Below are positions 25,983 through 34,710 of a stretch of DNA of 42,141 nt, in pieces (positions within the stretch are counted from its first letter, which is position 1; every line of letters starts with the position of its first letter). Made by a program: the position numbers and the translations under genes. The notes under the pieces were generated by a model. The model saw nothing but the letters and a program-made list of their open reading frames with translations. It did no database searches and was not told where the DNA came from. Source of the DNA: Patescibacteria group bacterium (lineage in GTDB: Bacteria; Patescibacteriota; Minisyncoccia; UBA6257; UBA9933); NCBI GenBank assembly GCA_038062875.1, contig JBBTWF010000005.1, positions 1 to 42,141 on the forward strand, given 5' to 3'.

Positions 25983-26519
25983 ATGAATATACACAAAGAC
26001 CAACGAGTAGGGATTTTTATTGATATCCAAAATCTTTATCATTCGGCCAAAAATCTTTACAACGCCAGAGTAAATTATCAAGAACTAATCAAAGAATTGG
26101 TCAGTGGTCGAAAATTAATCAGAGTAATCGGTTATGTCGTTAAAAGCGAATCGGTTTTAAGCGAAACATCTCCTCGCCAAAAGGGGCAAAAAAGCGAAAC
26201 TACTTTTTTTGACGCTCTTGGAAAAGCCGGAGTTGAATTAAGAACAAAGGACTTGCAGGTTTTCGCCGGAGGATTTAAAAAAGCCGACTGGGACGTAGGA
26301 ATGGCCGTTGACGCCATTAGAATGGCAAGTTTTTTGGACGTAGTCATTTTAGTGACAGGCGACGGCGACTTTATACCTTTAGTTGAATATCTTAAATGGG
26401 GACTGGGCAGGGAAGTTGAAGTGGCGGCTTTTGGCAGAAGCGCTTCCGCTAAACTTAAAGAAAAAGCGGATTTTTTTATTGATTTAGGGGAAAAACCAAG
26501 AGTAATACTTAAAAAATAA
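25983..26519 (+). CDS. NYN-domain (LabA/DUF88-like, PIN-related) putative RNA nuclease
   Basis: IFIDIQN ... VDA ... LVTGDGDFIPLV ... V.V.AF is the NYN acidic-residue pattern. It sits between rpsO and pnp. Confidence 0.65.
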   Translation: MNIHKDQRVGIFIDIQNLYHSAKNLYNARVNYQELIKELVSGRKLIRVIGYVVKSESVLSETSPRQKGQKSETTFFDALGKAGVELRTKDLQVFAGGFKKADWDVGMAVDAIRMASFLDVVILVTGDGDFIPLVEYLKWGLGREVEVAAFGRSASAKLKEKADFFIDLGEKPRVILKK

Positions 26520-26527
26520 ACAAATTT

Positions 26528-28639
26528 ATGAATCTAAATAAACAACAATTCGCAACTGAAATCGCCGGCAAAAAAATAACGCTGGAGGTTTCGAAAATCG
26601 CCGGCCAAGCCAACGCGGCAGTATTAGGTCAATACGGAGACACAGTTGTTTTAGTAACAACTGTAATGGGAAAACAAAATAGAGATACTGATTATTTCCC
26701 TTTAACCGTTGATTATGAGGAAAAATTTTATGCGGCCGGTAAAATAATCGGCAGCCGATTTGTTCGGCGCGAAGGCCGTCCTTCAGAAGAAGCCATTCTT
26801 TCCGGTCGGCTCATTGACCGAGCTTTGCGGCCGCTTTTTGATCAGAGGATGCGCCGAGACGTCCAAATCGTTATTACTATCATTTCTTACGATGAAGAAA
26901 ACGACCCTGATTTTATTTCTCTTCTTACTGCTTCAGCCGCTTTAGCGATTTCAGAAATCCCGTGGAATGGTCCTGTTGCCGGCGTTAAAATCGTCCGAGC
27001 CTCTGATGGTGAAACTTTCATTAACCCCGAAAATTCCAAAATTAAAGAACTACAAACTAAATTCAGCGCTTTTGCCGCTGGTCTTGACAACGCAATCAAT
27101 ATGATTGAATTAGACGGAAACGAAACTACCGAAGATGAAGTAATTGAAAGTTTTGATTTGGCTCAAAAAGAAATCTCAAAACTGATTGATTTCCAAAAAG
27201 AAATCGTTAAAAAAATCGGGCAGCCGAAAGCGGAAGTCCTTTTAGCCGAACCGGATGAAAAAATTAAAAACAAAATTAAAGATTTTCTCAAAGATAAACT
27301 GAAAGACGCAATCTATCCGTCAGAAAAAACCGAACGCAAAAACAAACTTGATGAATTAAAACAATCTCTAAAAGAACATCTGGAACAAGAAGAAATGACC
27401 GAAGGAATTAAATTTATTGATGCAATACTCGAGGAAGAAATCGACAAATTAGTCCATAAAAATATTCTTGAGTCCGAAAAAAGGCCTGACGGCAGACGGC
27501 TTGACGAAGTACGCGAACTTCACGCTGAAGTTGGATTATTTAAACGGCTTCACGGCTCCGCTCTTTTTATCCGTGGCAATACCCAAGCGCTGGCAGTCAC
27601 TACTTTGGCCGCGCCAGGAGCTGAACAATTGATTGAGACGATGGAAACAACTGCTAAACGCCGATTTATGCTCCATTATAATTTTCCGCCGTATTCAACA
27701 GGCGAAATAAAACGGCTCGGCGGTCCTGGACGCAGAGAAATCGGCCACGGCGCTTTGGCGGATAAAGCCATCAGATCTCTTATCCCATCCCAGGAAGAAT
27801 TTCCTTACACTATTCGTGTAGTTTCGGAAATTTTATCTTCCAACGGCTCTTCTTCTATGGCAAGTGTTTGCGCTTCTTCATTGTCCTTAATGGATGCCGG
27901 AGTGCCGATTAAAAAACCAGTGGCTGGAATCGCGATGGGATTAATAATTGAAACTAAAACCCAAAACCTAAAACCTATAACCTATAAAATTTTAACCGAC
28001 ATCCAAGGGCCGGAAGACCATTACGGCGATATGGACTGTAAAGTCGCCGGCACTAAAGACGGCATTACTGCCATTCAAATGGACGTAAAAATCGACGGCG
28101 TTGCTCTTCCTATACTTAAAGAGGTCTTCCAACAAGCTAAAAAAGCCCGTTTGGAAATTTTGGAAGTGATAAATAAAACTATTGATAAACCAAGACCGCA
28201 AGTTTCTTCTTTTGCTCCGATTATTATGACTGTGGAAATTAATCCAGAGAGAATAGGCGAAATTATCGGGCCGGGCGGTAAAATGATTAAAAAAATCACC
28301 AAAGACACCGGCGTGGACGCGATTGATATTGAAGAAAGCGGACGAATTTTTGTGGCCTCTATTGATCCTGAAAAAGCTATGGCAGCGGTTAATTATATTA
28401 AATCGCTCACCCGCGAATTCCAAATCGGCGAACTCGTGGAAGGAGAAATAATAAAAATCCTCGACTTCGGAGCTATTGTTGATTTAGGCGCCGGCAAAGA
28501 CGGGATGATTCACGTTTCCGAACTTAAAAACGGATTCGTGGAAAAAGTGGAGGACGTGGTGAAAATTGGCGACCGCGTCAAAGCGAAAGTTATCCGTACT
28601 GAAAATGGAAAAATTGGGCTGTCTTTGAAAAATCTCTAA
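26528..28639 (+). CDS. pnp: Polyribonucleotide nucleotidyltransferase (PNPase)
   Basis: It has two RNase PH domains and KH + S1 C-terminal domains (GPGGKMIKKI, GELVEGEIIKILDFGAIVDLG), plus an in-frame repeat insertion at about 27958..27990. Confidence 0.96.
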   Translation: MNLNKQQFATEIAGKKITLEVSKIAGQANAAVLGQYGDTVVLVTTVMGKQNRDTDYFPLTVDYEEKFYAAGKIIGSRFVRREGRPSEEAILSGRLIDRALRPLFDQRMRRDVQIVITIISYDEENDPDFISLLTASAALAISEIPWNGPVAGVKIVRASDGETFINPENSKIKELQTKFSAFAAGLDNAINMIELDGNETTEDEVIESFDLAQKEISKLIDFQKEIVKKIGQPKAEVLLAEPDEKIKNKIKDFLKDKLKDAIYPSEKTERKNKLDELKQSLKEHLEQEEMTEGIKFIDAILEEEIDKLVHKNILESEKRPDGRRLDEVRELHAEVGLFKRLHGSALFIRGNTQALAVTTLAAPGAEQLIETMETTAKRRFMLHYNFPPYSTGEIKRLGGPGRREIGHGALADKAIRSLIPSQEEFPYTIRVVSEILSSNGSSSMASVCASSLSLMDAGVPIKKPVAGIAMGLIIETKTQNLKPITYKILTDIQGPEDHYGDMDCKVAGTKDGITAIQMDVKIDGVALPILKEVFQQAKKARLEILEVINKTIDKPRPQVSSFAPIIMTVEINPERIGEIIGPGGKMIKKITKDTGVDAIDIEESGRIFVASIDPEKAMAAVNYIKSLTREFQIGELVEGEIIKILDFGAIVDLGAGKDGMIHVSELKNGFVEKVEDVVKIGDRVKAKVIRTENGKIGLSLKNL

Positions 28640-28668
28640 TTTTATAATATTAAAAATAAAATTTAGAC

Positions 28669-29295
28669 GTGCTTGAACAATTAAATCAAATTTATCTACT
28701 TTTTAGCGGAAGCGTAATCGGCCTCTTAATTGAGTACAAGCTTTGGGCAATTTTTGGAGGAGCGATTTTTTTTGCCGAAAGCTTCATAATAACCGCCTCC
28801 GCCTTATCAGTAAAAGGATGGTGGTCTCCTATCGATGTATTTTGGTTAACACTGGCCGGAACGCTTATTTCTGATTTCTTTTGGTATCTGCTTGGCCAAT
28901 TTCTTTTAAAAATCAACTATCGATTAGGAGAAAAAGACCAGAGCAGAATGAAAAAGTTGGCTTTAGTTATTAACGCGGTGGCTGGGAAAAAGCTTTTTCC
29001 CGTGCTTTTATTTATGAAGTTTTCATATGGAACGCGATTTTTAATACTGCTTTATTTATCATTGCGTCGTGTGAAATTGAAAGATTTTCTGATTTTTGAT
29101 ACTATAAGCACTGTCATCTGGCTCTTAGTGCTAATCCCATTAGGATGGCTGGCAGGTAAGGGTATAAATTATTTTGGACTTTTCCAGAAAATTGAGTATC
29201 TTTTTTCGGCAATACTCGTTCTTATTTTGATATATAAAGGCGCCACATTTCATATACGGAAAAAAATTACAAAAAAACCTGCGCAAAATGAGTAA
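28669..29295 (+). CDS. Polytopic membrane protein, possibly DedA/VTT-like (GTG start); first gene of the candidate biosynthetic operon
   Basis: It has 4-5 TM helices and a G-rich loop pattern with weak DedA resemblance. It overlaps the next gene by 8 nt. Confidence 0.4.
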   Translation: MLEQLNQIYLLFSGSVIGLLIEYKLWAIFGGAIFFAESFIITASALSVKGWWSPIDVFWLTLAGTLISDFFWYLLGQFLLKINYRLGEKDQSRMKKLALVINAVAGKKLFPVLLFMKFSYGTRFLILLYLSLRRVKLKDFLIFDTISTVIWLLVLIPLGWLAGKGINYFGLFQKIEYLFSAILVLILIYKGATFHIRKKITKKPAQNE

Positions 29296-29959
29296 TATTA
29301 TTTTTTCGTTAGTAAAATCAGAAAAAGAATTAAACAGAGCTCTTAATCTGGCTTACTTAGAATACCGAAGAAAAAAATTCATTAAAGCGTCTAACGAAAA
29401 AATTTACAAAACCTCATTTAATACTCCATCAAAGTCAGTCACTTTCGTAGCTAAAAATAATAATAAAGTTATCGCCACCGCTTCTCTTATTATAGACTCG
29501 GAATCCGGTCTACCGATGGATTCGCTCTATAAAAAAGAATTGGATGATTTGCGGAAAAAAGGGAAAAAAATCTCCGAGATTTCGCAACTCGCCTTTGATA
29601 ATGAAACAACTAAATCTTCTTTTGAGGAAATTAAAACAATTAACTTGCTATTAACGCTTTTTAAACTAATGTTCCATTACTGCCTATATCGCGGCATTAA
29701 TAATATCTGTATTTGCGTCAATCCTCTCCACAAAATTTTCTACGAACATTTATTTTTTAAAGATCTGGGGAAAGGATTGAAAAAATATCCAGCAATGAAT
29801 GGAGCTCCGGCGATTGCCAAGTATCTCACTATAAATAAACAATTAAAAAAGATTGCCGCCGAAAAAAAACCAGCTGTTTATAAAATTTTTTATAAAAATA
29901 AACCGAATTATAAAATGTTCGGCGGAAAATCAAGGCTTACTTTTAAAATAAAAATATGA
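29288..29959 (+). CDS. GNAT-fold N-acyl amino acid synthase-like acyltransferase (FeeM/NasY-type, PEP-CTERM/exosortase-associated acyltransferase family)
   Basis: TASLIIDSESGLPMDSLYKKELDDLRKKGKKISEISQLAF matches the family core (RLIL..GLP.E..F...L...G..AEISRLAV). Confidence 0.55.
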   Translation: MSNIIFSLVKSEKELNRALNLAYLEYRRKKFIKASNEKIYKTSFNTPSKSVTFVAKNNNKVIATASLIIDSESGLPMDSLYKKELDDLRKKGKKISEISQLAFDNETTKSSFEEIKTINLLLTLFKLMFHYCLYRGINNICICVNPLHKIFYEHLFFKDLGKGLKKYPAMNGAPAIAKYLTINKQLKKIAAEKKPAVYKIFYKNKPNYKMFGGKSRLTFKIKI

Positions 29960-29972
29960 TATAATATTAAAT

Positions 29973-30440
29973 ATGGGATTATTAGAAATTATAAAACGCA
30001 ATATTTGGGTGTTGGAAGACGACATTCAAACGCCTTATCGCAAGATAGTAAGCTTGATATTGAAAACAATGGGGGTCTCCGCCGTAATTATAGGAATTTA
30101 TTTCTTCTTCCTGGCTTTTGAGACGCAAAACAAATATTTTGAATTACAAAACAAATATTTTGAATTACGGGATAATTATGAATTTATGCGTCAGAATAAT
30201 AATATAGGAGAAGAAACAATTTCTTCTATACGCTCCGCGGACCTCGCTTTATTACAATTAGAAACAGAACAAATATCTTACGAAATTACTCTTTTTTGTC
30301 TTTCGGGAATCGGCTGGCTTCTATTGGGCGTATTTATCTCCGGAACTTTATATATAAGATATATGTCTTTTGTTTTGCCGGATCGAATTTATCATCGTTG
30401 TTTTGCCACCGAAGAAGAAAAGAAAAAAATGCGCTCTTAA
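29973..30440 (+). CDS. Hypothetical 2-TM protein containing an exact in-frame 21-bp tandem duplication (QNKYFEL x2)
   Basis: ORF in the operon; the duplication lies at 30126..30167. Confidence 0.4.
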   Translation: MGLLEIIKRNIWVLEDDIQTPYRKIVSLILKTMGVSAVIIGIYFFFLAFETQNKYFELQNKYFELRDNYEFMRQNNNIGEETISSIRSADLALLQLETEQISYEITLFCLSGIGWLLLGVFISGTLYIRYMSFVLPDRIYHRCFATEEEKKKMRS

Positions 30441-30461
30441 AACATAAAATATCGTGTTTTT

Positions 30462-31337
30462 ATGCAATTTCAAGAAAATGAATTCTATAAACAAGCTTTT
30501 TCAAGAAATCTTGGGTTGCTAACAACCGAAGAACAGGAAAAGATAAGTAGAGCGAAAATCGCCATCGCTGGCCTTGGCGGCGTTGGTGGAATATATTTTT
30601 TAAACTTGGTAAGAATTGGCGTTAAAAATTTTAATATCGCCGATTTTGATGTTTTTGAATTGCCAAATATAAACCGACAGGTTGGCGCTGACATAAATTC
30701 ATTGGGAAAATCCAAAATTGACACGCTTGAGAAAATGGCCAAATCAATTAATCCATTTATTACCATTCAAAAATTTGGAAAAGGCGTTGACGAAAATAAC
30801 ATTGGTGAATTTCTAAAAAACGCGGATGTAGTATTGGACGGACTGGACTTTTTTAACATTAAAGACAGAATCGCTTTATTTAGAGAAGCGAAAAAGAAAA
30901 AAATTTACGCCATAACTTCCGCTCCTGTGGGTTTCGGCGCCTCGCTTTTAGTTTTTTCTCCCAAAGGAATGAGTTTTGAGGAATATTTTGACATTAAAAA
31001 TGAAGAAACCGATAATGAAAAATTATTCTCTTTCGCACTTGGATTAAGCCCGAGCTTGCTCCATAGAAAATATTTTAAACCATCGCTTATCGATTTTAGC
31101 AAAAAAAAAGCTCCTTCTTTGAGTTTAGCTACTCTTTTATGCGCCAATTTAACATCTTGCGAGGTTATAAAAATAATACTTGGGAAAAAGGTAAAACCAG
31201 CCCCATTTTGTTCGCAATTTGACCCATATCTTCAAAAATATAAAAAAATAAACTTAAGAAACGGAAATAGAAATTTTATTCAGCGTTTTAAAAAATGGAT
31301 TATCAAAAAAAAGCTTGCCAAGTCGGGGAATTTATAA
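30462..31337 (+). CDS. E1-like adenylyltransferase (ThiF/MoeB/HesA family)
   Basis: It contains the nucleotide-binding KIAIAGLGGVGG, then D.D....N.NRQ and a C-terminal Cys-containing region. Confidence 0.75.
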   Translation: MQFQENEFYKQAFSRNLGLLTTEEQEKISRAKIAIAGLGGVGGIYFLNLVRIGVKNFNIADFDVFELPNINRQVGADINSLGKSKIDTLEKMAKSINPFITIQKFGKGVDENNIGEFLKNADVVLDGLDFFNIKDRIALFREAKKKKIYAITSAPVGFGASLLVFSPKGMSFEEYFDIKNEETDNEKLFSFALGLSPSLLHRKYFKPSLIDFSKKKAPSLSLATLLCANLTSCEVIKIILGKKVKPAPFCSQFDPYLQKYKKINLRNGNRNFIQRFKKWIIKKKLAKSGNL

Positions 31338-31343
31338 ACAAAA

Positions 31344-32423
31344 ATGGAGCAAGATATTTTAAAAATAATAGAATATGGAATAATGGCGCCTTCAGTGGAT
31401 AATAACCAGCCCTGGTATTTTAAAACAGATAAAAAATCAATTTATGTGTACCTTGACGAAGATAGAAAAAAAACAGGAGAATTTCTGCATACTGAAAACG
31501 CTTTAGATTTAATCTGTTTAGGCGCTCTTTTGGAAAATATAAAAATCGCATCTTCCCACCTTGGATATCTGCCAGAAATCATCAACTTCCCCGATAAAAA
31601 ATACAAAAATCTAATTGCTCGCGTAAATCTTTCAATAAACAAGAAGAAAGCCAGTCATCCTTTTTATTTATTTATTCCTCAACGCGCAACCAATAGAACG
31701 CGTTACCAAAATTGCCGTATAAACGAAACAATAAAAAATACAACGCTTGATATCGCGAAACAAAACAACGCCAACCTTTATTGGGTTGACGATAGGGCTT
31801 CAATAAAAAAAATAGCCAACGCTGCCTCTCTTTTTGATTTTGTGTTATGGAATAATAATGAAAAAAGAAACGATTTGTTAAAATGGCTTCGTCTGGACGA
31901 AAAAGAAGCTTATTTAACGAAAGACGGTTTGTTTTTAGAAACCTTAGGATTGAATAAATTTAAAAAAATACTTTTTAATTTTTTCGCGAAAATATCCAGA
32001 ACCTCGATTCTCGCGCGTTGGATTATCGGAATTAATTCTTGTTTTCACCAACGCGGTCTGATTAAGGCCTCTTCAGCTGTTTTAATTCTGACTATGCCGA
32101 ACGCCTCCGATATTGATTATTTAAAAGGAGGACAAATTCTTCAAAATATTTGGCTTTATCTAACTTCTGAAAAAATCGCCTGCCAGCCGATAGCCGGAGC
32201 CCTTTATTTATTAATGTACGAGTTCTTTCCTGAAAAAATGGGGGAATTGCGGCCGTGGCACCGAAAAATAGCAAAAAAATGTTTTAGAGAATTTTCTCTA
32301 AATTCTAAAATTTCCGAAAATAACGCTTTAATTTGTCTATTAAGAATCGGTTGCGCAGAAATACCAAAAATAAAATCATTAAGACGCCCGATTAAAGAAG
32401 TGATAAGCCCCCTTAAAAAGTAA
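31344..32423 (+). CDS. Nitroreductase-superfamily protein, SagB/McbC-type (two-lobed) dehydrogenase-like
   Basis: The N-terminal APSVDNNQPWYF (nitroreductase FMN-binding region) and the roughly 360-aa length suggest a duplicated nitroreductase fold. Confidence 0.5.
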   Translation: MEQDILKIIEYGIMAPSVDNNQPWYFKTDKKSIYVYLDEDRKKTGEFLHTENALDLICLGALLENIKIASSHLGYLPEIINFPDKKYKNLIARVNLSINKKKASHPFYLFIPQRATNRTRYQNCRINETIKNTTLDIAKQNNANLYWVDDRASIKKIANAASLFDFVLWNNNEKRNDLLKWLRLDEKEAYLTKDGLFLETLGLNKFKKILFNFFAKISRTSILARWIIGINSCFHQRGLIKASSAVLILTMPNASDIDYLKGGQILQNIWLYLTSEKIACQPIAGALYLLMYEFFPEKMGELRPWHRKIAKKCFREFSLNSKISENNALICLLRIGCAEIPKIKSLRRPIKEVISPLKK

Positions 32424-32427
32424 AAAT

Positions 32428-33288
32428 TTATAATCTTAATCTTTTGATATCGTTTAATTTGCCGTCCATTAAAATAACTACTCTATCCGCCTGTTCGGCA
32501 AAAGAGGGCTCATGTGAAACAAGCACAATTGTTTTTTTGAATTTGACGTTAATTTCTCTTAAAAGCGAGATTAACAACTGGCCGTTTTTAAAATCAAGGT
32601 GGGCGGTTGGTTCGTCAGCCAAAATCAACAACGGGTCTTTGGCTAAAGCCCGAGCGATAGCAACCCTTTGCTGTTCCCCGCCGGAAAGTTCTTTCGGATA
32701 CCGCTTCATTTTATCTTTTAAACCAAGAACTTCTAAAATTTCTTTCGCTCTCTCTTTGGTTTTTCTGAATCCAACATTTTGAAGCCGCAAAGCGAAAGCG
32801 ACATTTTCAATAGCCGTAAAGTCCTCTAAAAGATTAAAAAATTGAAAAATAAATCCGATATTAAAAAGCCGCAATTGCGTCAACTGTCTATTTTTAGAAC
32901 CTTTAATGTCTTCGTTTTCAAATATAATTTCTCCGCCGTCTGGCTCATCAATCAAGCCGATTAAATTCAATAAAGTGCTTTTGCCGGAACCGGAATACCC
33001 AGTAATGGACAAAAACTCCCCCTTATAAACTTCCAAACTGATTCCATTTAACGCCGCGACTGTAATATTTTTTGACGGGCTATATCTCTTAAAAATATTA
33101 TTAATTCTAACAAGCGGAAGTTTTTGACTTTCTATTGAGACTATTTCGTGAAACGCATCATTTATTAACTCGTTGTGCCAACCAATGGAAATCAAATTGG
33201 TCTTAATTTGTTCGTTAGAAATTTTTAACGCCCGGCACTTAATTATGTAATCAATAAGTTCTTGGTTTATCATTTTAAATAGACCCAC
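32428..33288 (-). CDS. ABC transporter ATP-binding protein (MacB/LolD/FtsE-like) with an unusual N-terminal extension of about 57 aa
   Basis: It has Walker A GYSGSGKST, the signature LSGGEQQRVAIARAL and Walker B ILADEPT. Confidence 0.85.
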   Translation of the reverse strand: MGLFKMINQELIDYIIKCRALKISNEQIKTNLISIGWHNELINDAFHEIVSIESQKLPLVRINNIFKRYSPSKNITVAALNGISLEVYKGEFLSITGYSGSGKSTLLNLIGLIDEPDGGEIIFENEDIKGSKNRQLTQLRLFNIGFIFQFFNLLEDFTAIENVAFALRLQNVGFRKTKERAKEILEVLGLKDKMKRYPKELSGGEQQRVAIARALAKDPLLILADEPTAHLDFKNGQLLISLLREINVKFKKTIVLVSHEPSFAEQADRVVILMDGKLNDIKRLRL

Positions 33289-34471
33289 GCATTACATCGA
33301 CTATTTTTGTTTTTGAGGCAAGATAAGCTGGTACCGCGCTCCCAAGTAAAGTCGCCCCTAAATAAGCCCAAAAAGATATCCAAAAAAGATGATAATTAAT
33401 AACCGTTCTTAAATCCCCGATAAGTAAAACAATCGGATTGCCAGCAAAATACTGGTGAATTAGCACGAATATTAATCCGCCCAAAACAAACGATAAGGTG
33501 GAATAAATAAACGCCTCTAAAATATAGACGGTGATTACAAATTTATCACCTCCGCCCATTGATTTGATAATGCCGATTTGCCTTCTTCTTTGAATGGTGT
33601 GAATAAAAATCACCATTGCGATAATTATGAAAGTGACTGCCAGGAAAAAATTTATAACCATATTCATAACCAAAGAAAATCCCGAAAGTAAATCGTCAAT
33701 ATAACCAGCATCTTCTCGCCAAGTAGCCACATGAACATTTAAATTCTTTTCTTGAATTTCTTTCTTTGTCTGTTCAATTTTATCCAAATCTTTTAATTTT
33801 ATGACTATCTCGCTATTTTTTTGCGAATCATCGAGTTTTTCCAACGCTTCTTTATCTAAATAAACAACCCAATTTGGTAAAAATGTTTTAAAATCAGCGA
33901 TTCCCACTACCTTATAATCATAATTCGTTCCATCGGTGGCGACGATATTAATCGTTTCCCCAATTTTTATCCTATCTTTATCATAGGGATAACCAACTAA
34001 TGAGTCCGCAATAGTAAGGCCCAACACCGCCTCATTGTTTCGTGACGAAACAATATTTCTTCCTTGAACGATTTTATCTTCAAATCCCGTAACTTTATTT
34101 TCTTGTTTCGGCGAAAAACCAACCACTCGATAAGGACTATGCATCTTGCCTTTATAACTAGTGCCAACAGCCATTATGACGCTTCTGACATTAAAAGCTT
34201 CTATGTTGTCAATAGAATTTAATTCCTTGGAAATATTTTCAATATCAAAATCAGAAATGAATGTATTATTTTCTCCGGGGGTGATAATGATATGACCCGA
34301 AGAACCAATGGCGCCGTCAGTTAAGGCAGTTTTAAAACCCTCTAAAATTCCGGCTGTTGTGAACAGAGCCGCGAATAAAGCGGTTAAAGACAGAATTGTA
34401 AGAAAAAAATTGATTCCGCTCTTTGAGGTATCGCGCAAAGCCAACGATAAAAGAGCGAATAAACGGTTCAT
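33275..34471 (-). CDS. ABC transporter permease, FtsX/MacB type (N-terminal TM, large extracytoplasmic domain, 3 C-terminal TM helices)
   Basis: The topology and the C-terminal FtsX-like helices identify it. It overlaps the ATPase gene. Confidence 0.75.
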   Translation of the reverse strand: MNRLFALLSLALRDTSKSGINFFLTILSLTALFAALFTTAGILEGFKTALTDGAIGSSGHIIITPGENNTFISDFDIENISKELNSIDNIEAFNVRSVIMAVGTSYKGKMHSPYRVVGFSPKQENKVTGFEDKIVQGRNIVSSRNNEAVLGLTIADSLVGYPYDKDRIKIGETINIVATDGTNYDYKVVGIADFKTFLPNWVVYLDKEALEKLDDSQKNSEIVIKLKDLDKIEQTKKEIQEKNLNVHVATWREDAGYIDDLLSGFSLVMNMVINFFLAVTFIIIAMVIFIHTIQRRRQIGIIKSMGGGDKFVITVYILEAFIYSTLSFVLGGLIFVLIHQYFAGNPIVLLIGDLRTVINYHLFWISFWAYLGATLLGSAVPAYLASKTKIVDVMRGSI

Positions 34472-34710
34472 ATTTTATTGTTTTTTAAGTTAATTAACGC
34501 AATAATGTCTCCGATCGTCTTAATGCGCGTCAACTCCTTATAATCCAATTTGAGTCCGAATTTCCTTTCAAGGACTGGTATTAATTCGAAAATATGAAAA
34601 GAATCGTGGACTAAATCCTCAATTTTGGCGTCTAATGTGATTTTTTCTTCATCAATGCCGGATATTCCCGAAATAATCCTGATAAGCTTTTTATTAGTTT
34701 TATCTTCCAT
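34468..34710 (-). CDS. Acyl/peptidyl carrier protein-like (80 aa, DSF serine motif)
   Basis: DAKIEDLVHDSFHIFELI resembles the (D/E)xGxDSL carrier-protein attachment site. It is coupled to the PPTase and permease genes. Confidence 0.55.
   Translation of the reverse strand: MEDKTNKKLIRIISGISGIDEEKITLDAKIEDLVHDSFHIFELIPVLERKFGLKLDYKELTRIKTIGDIIALINLKNNKI

Noticed and set aside
30462-32423. E1-like plus nitroreductase-like pair interpreted as a complete TOMM (thiazole/oxazole RiPP) cluster
   Set aside because: No YcaO-domain gene and no obvious precursor peptide are present in the window. The E1 retains a functional nucleotide-binding loop, unlike many TOMM C proteins. The call is therefore kept as 'reminiscent', not as a TOMM cluster.
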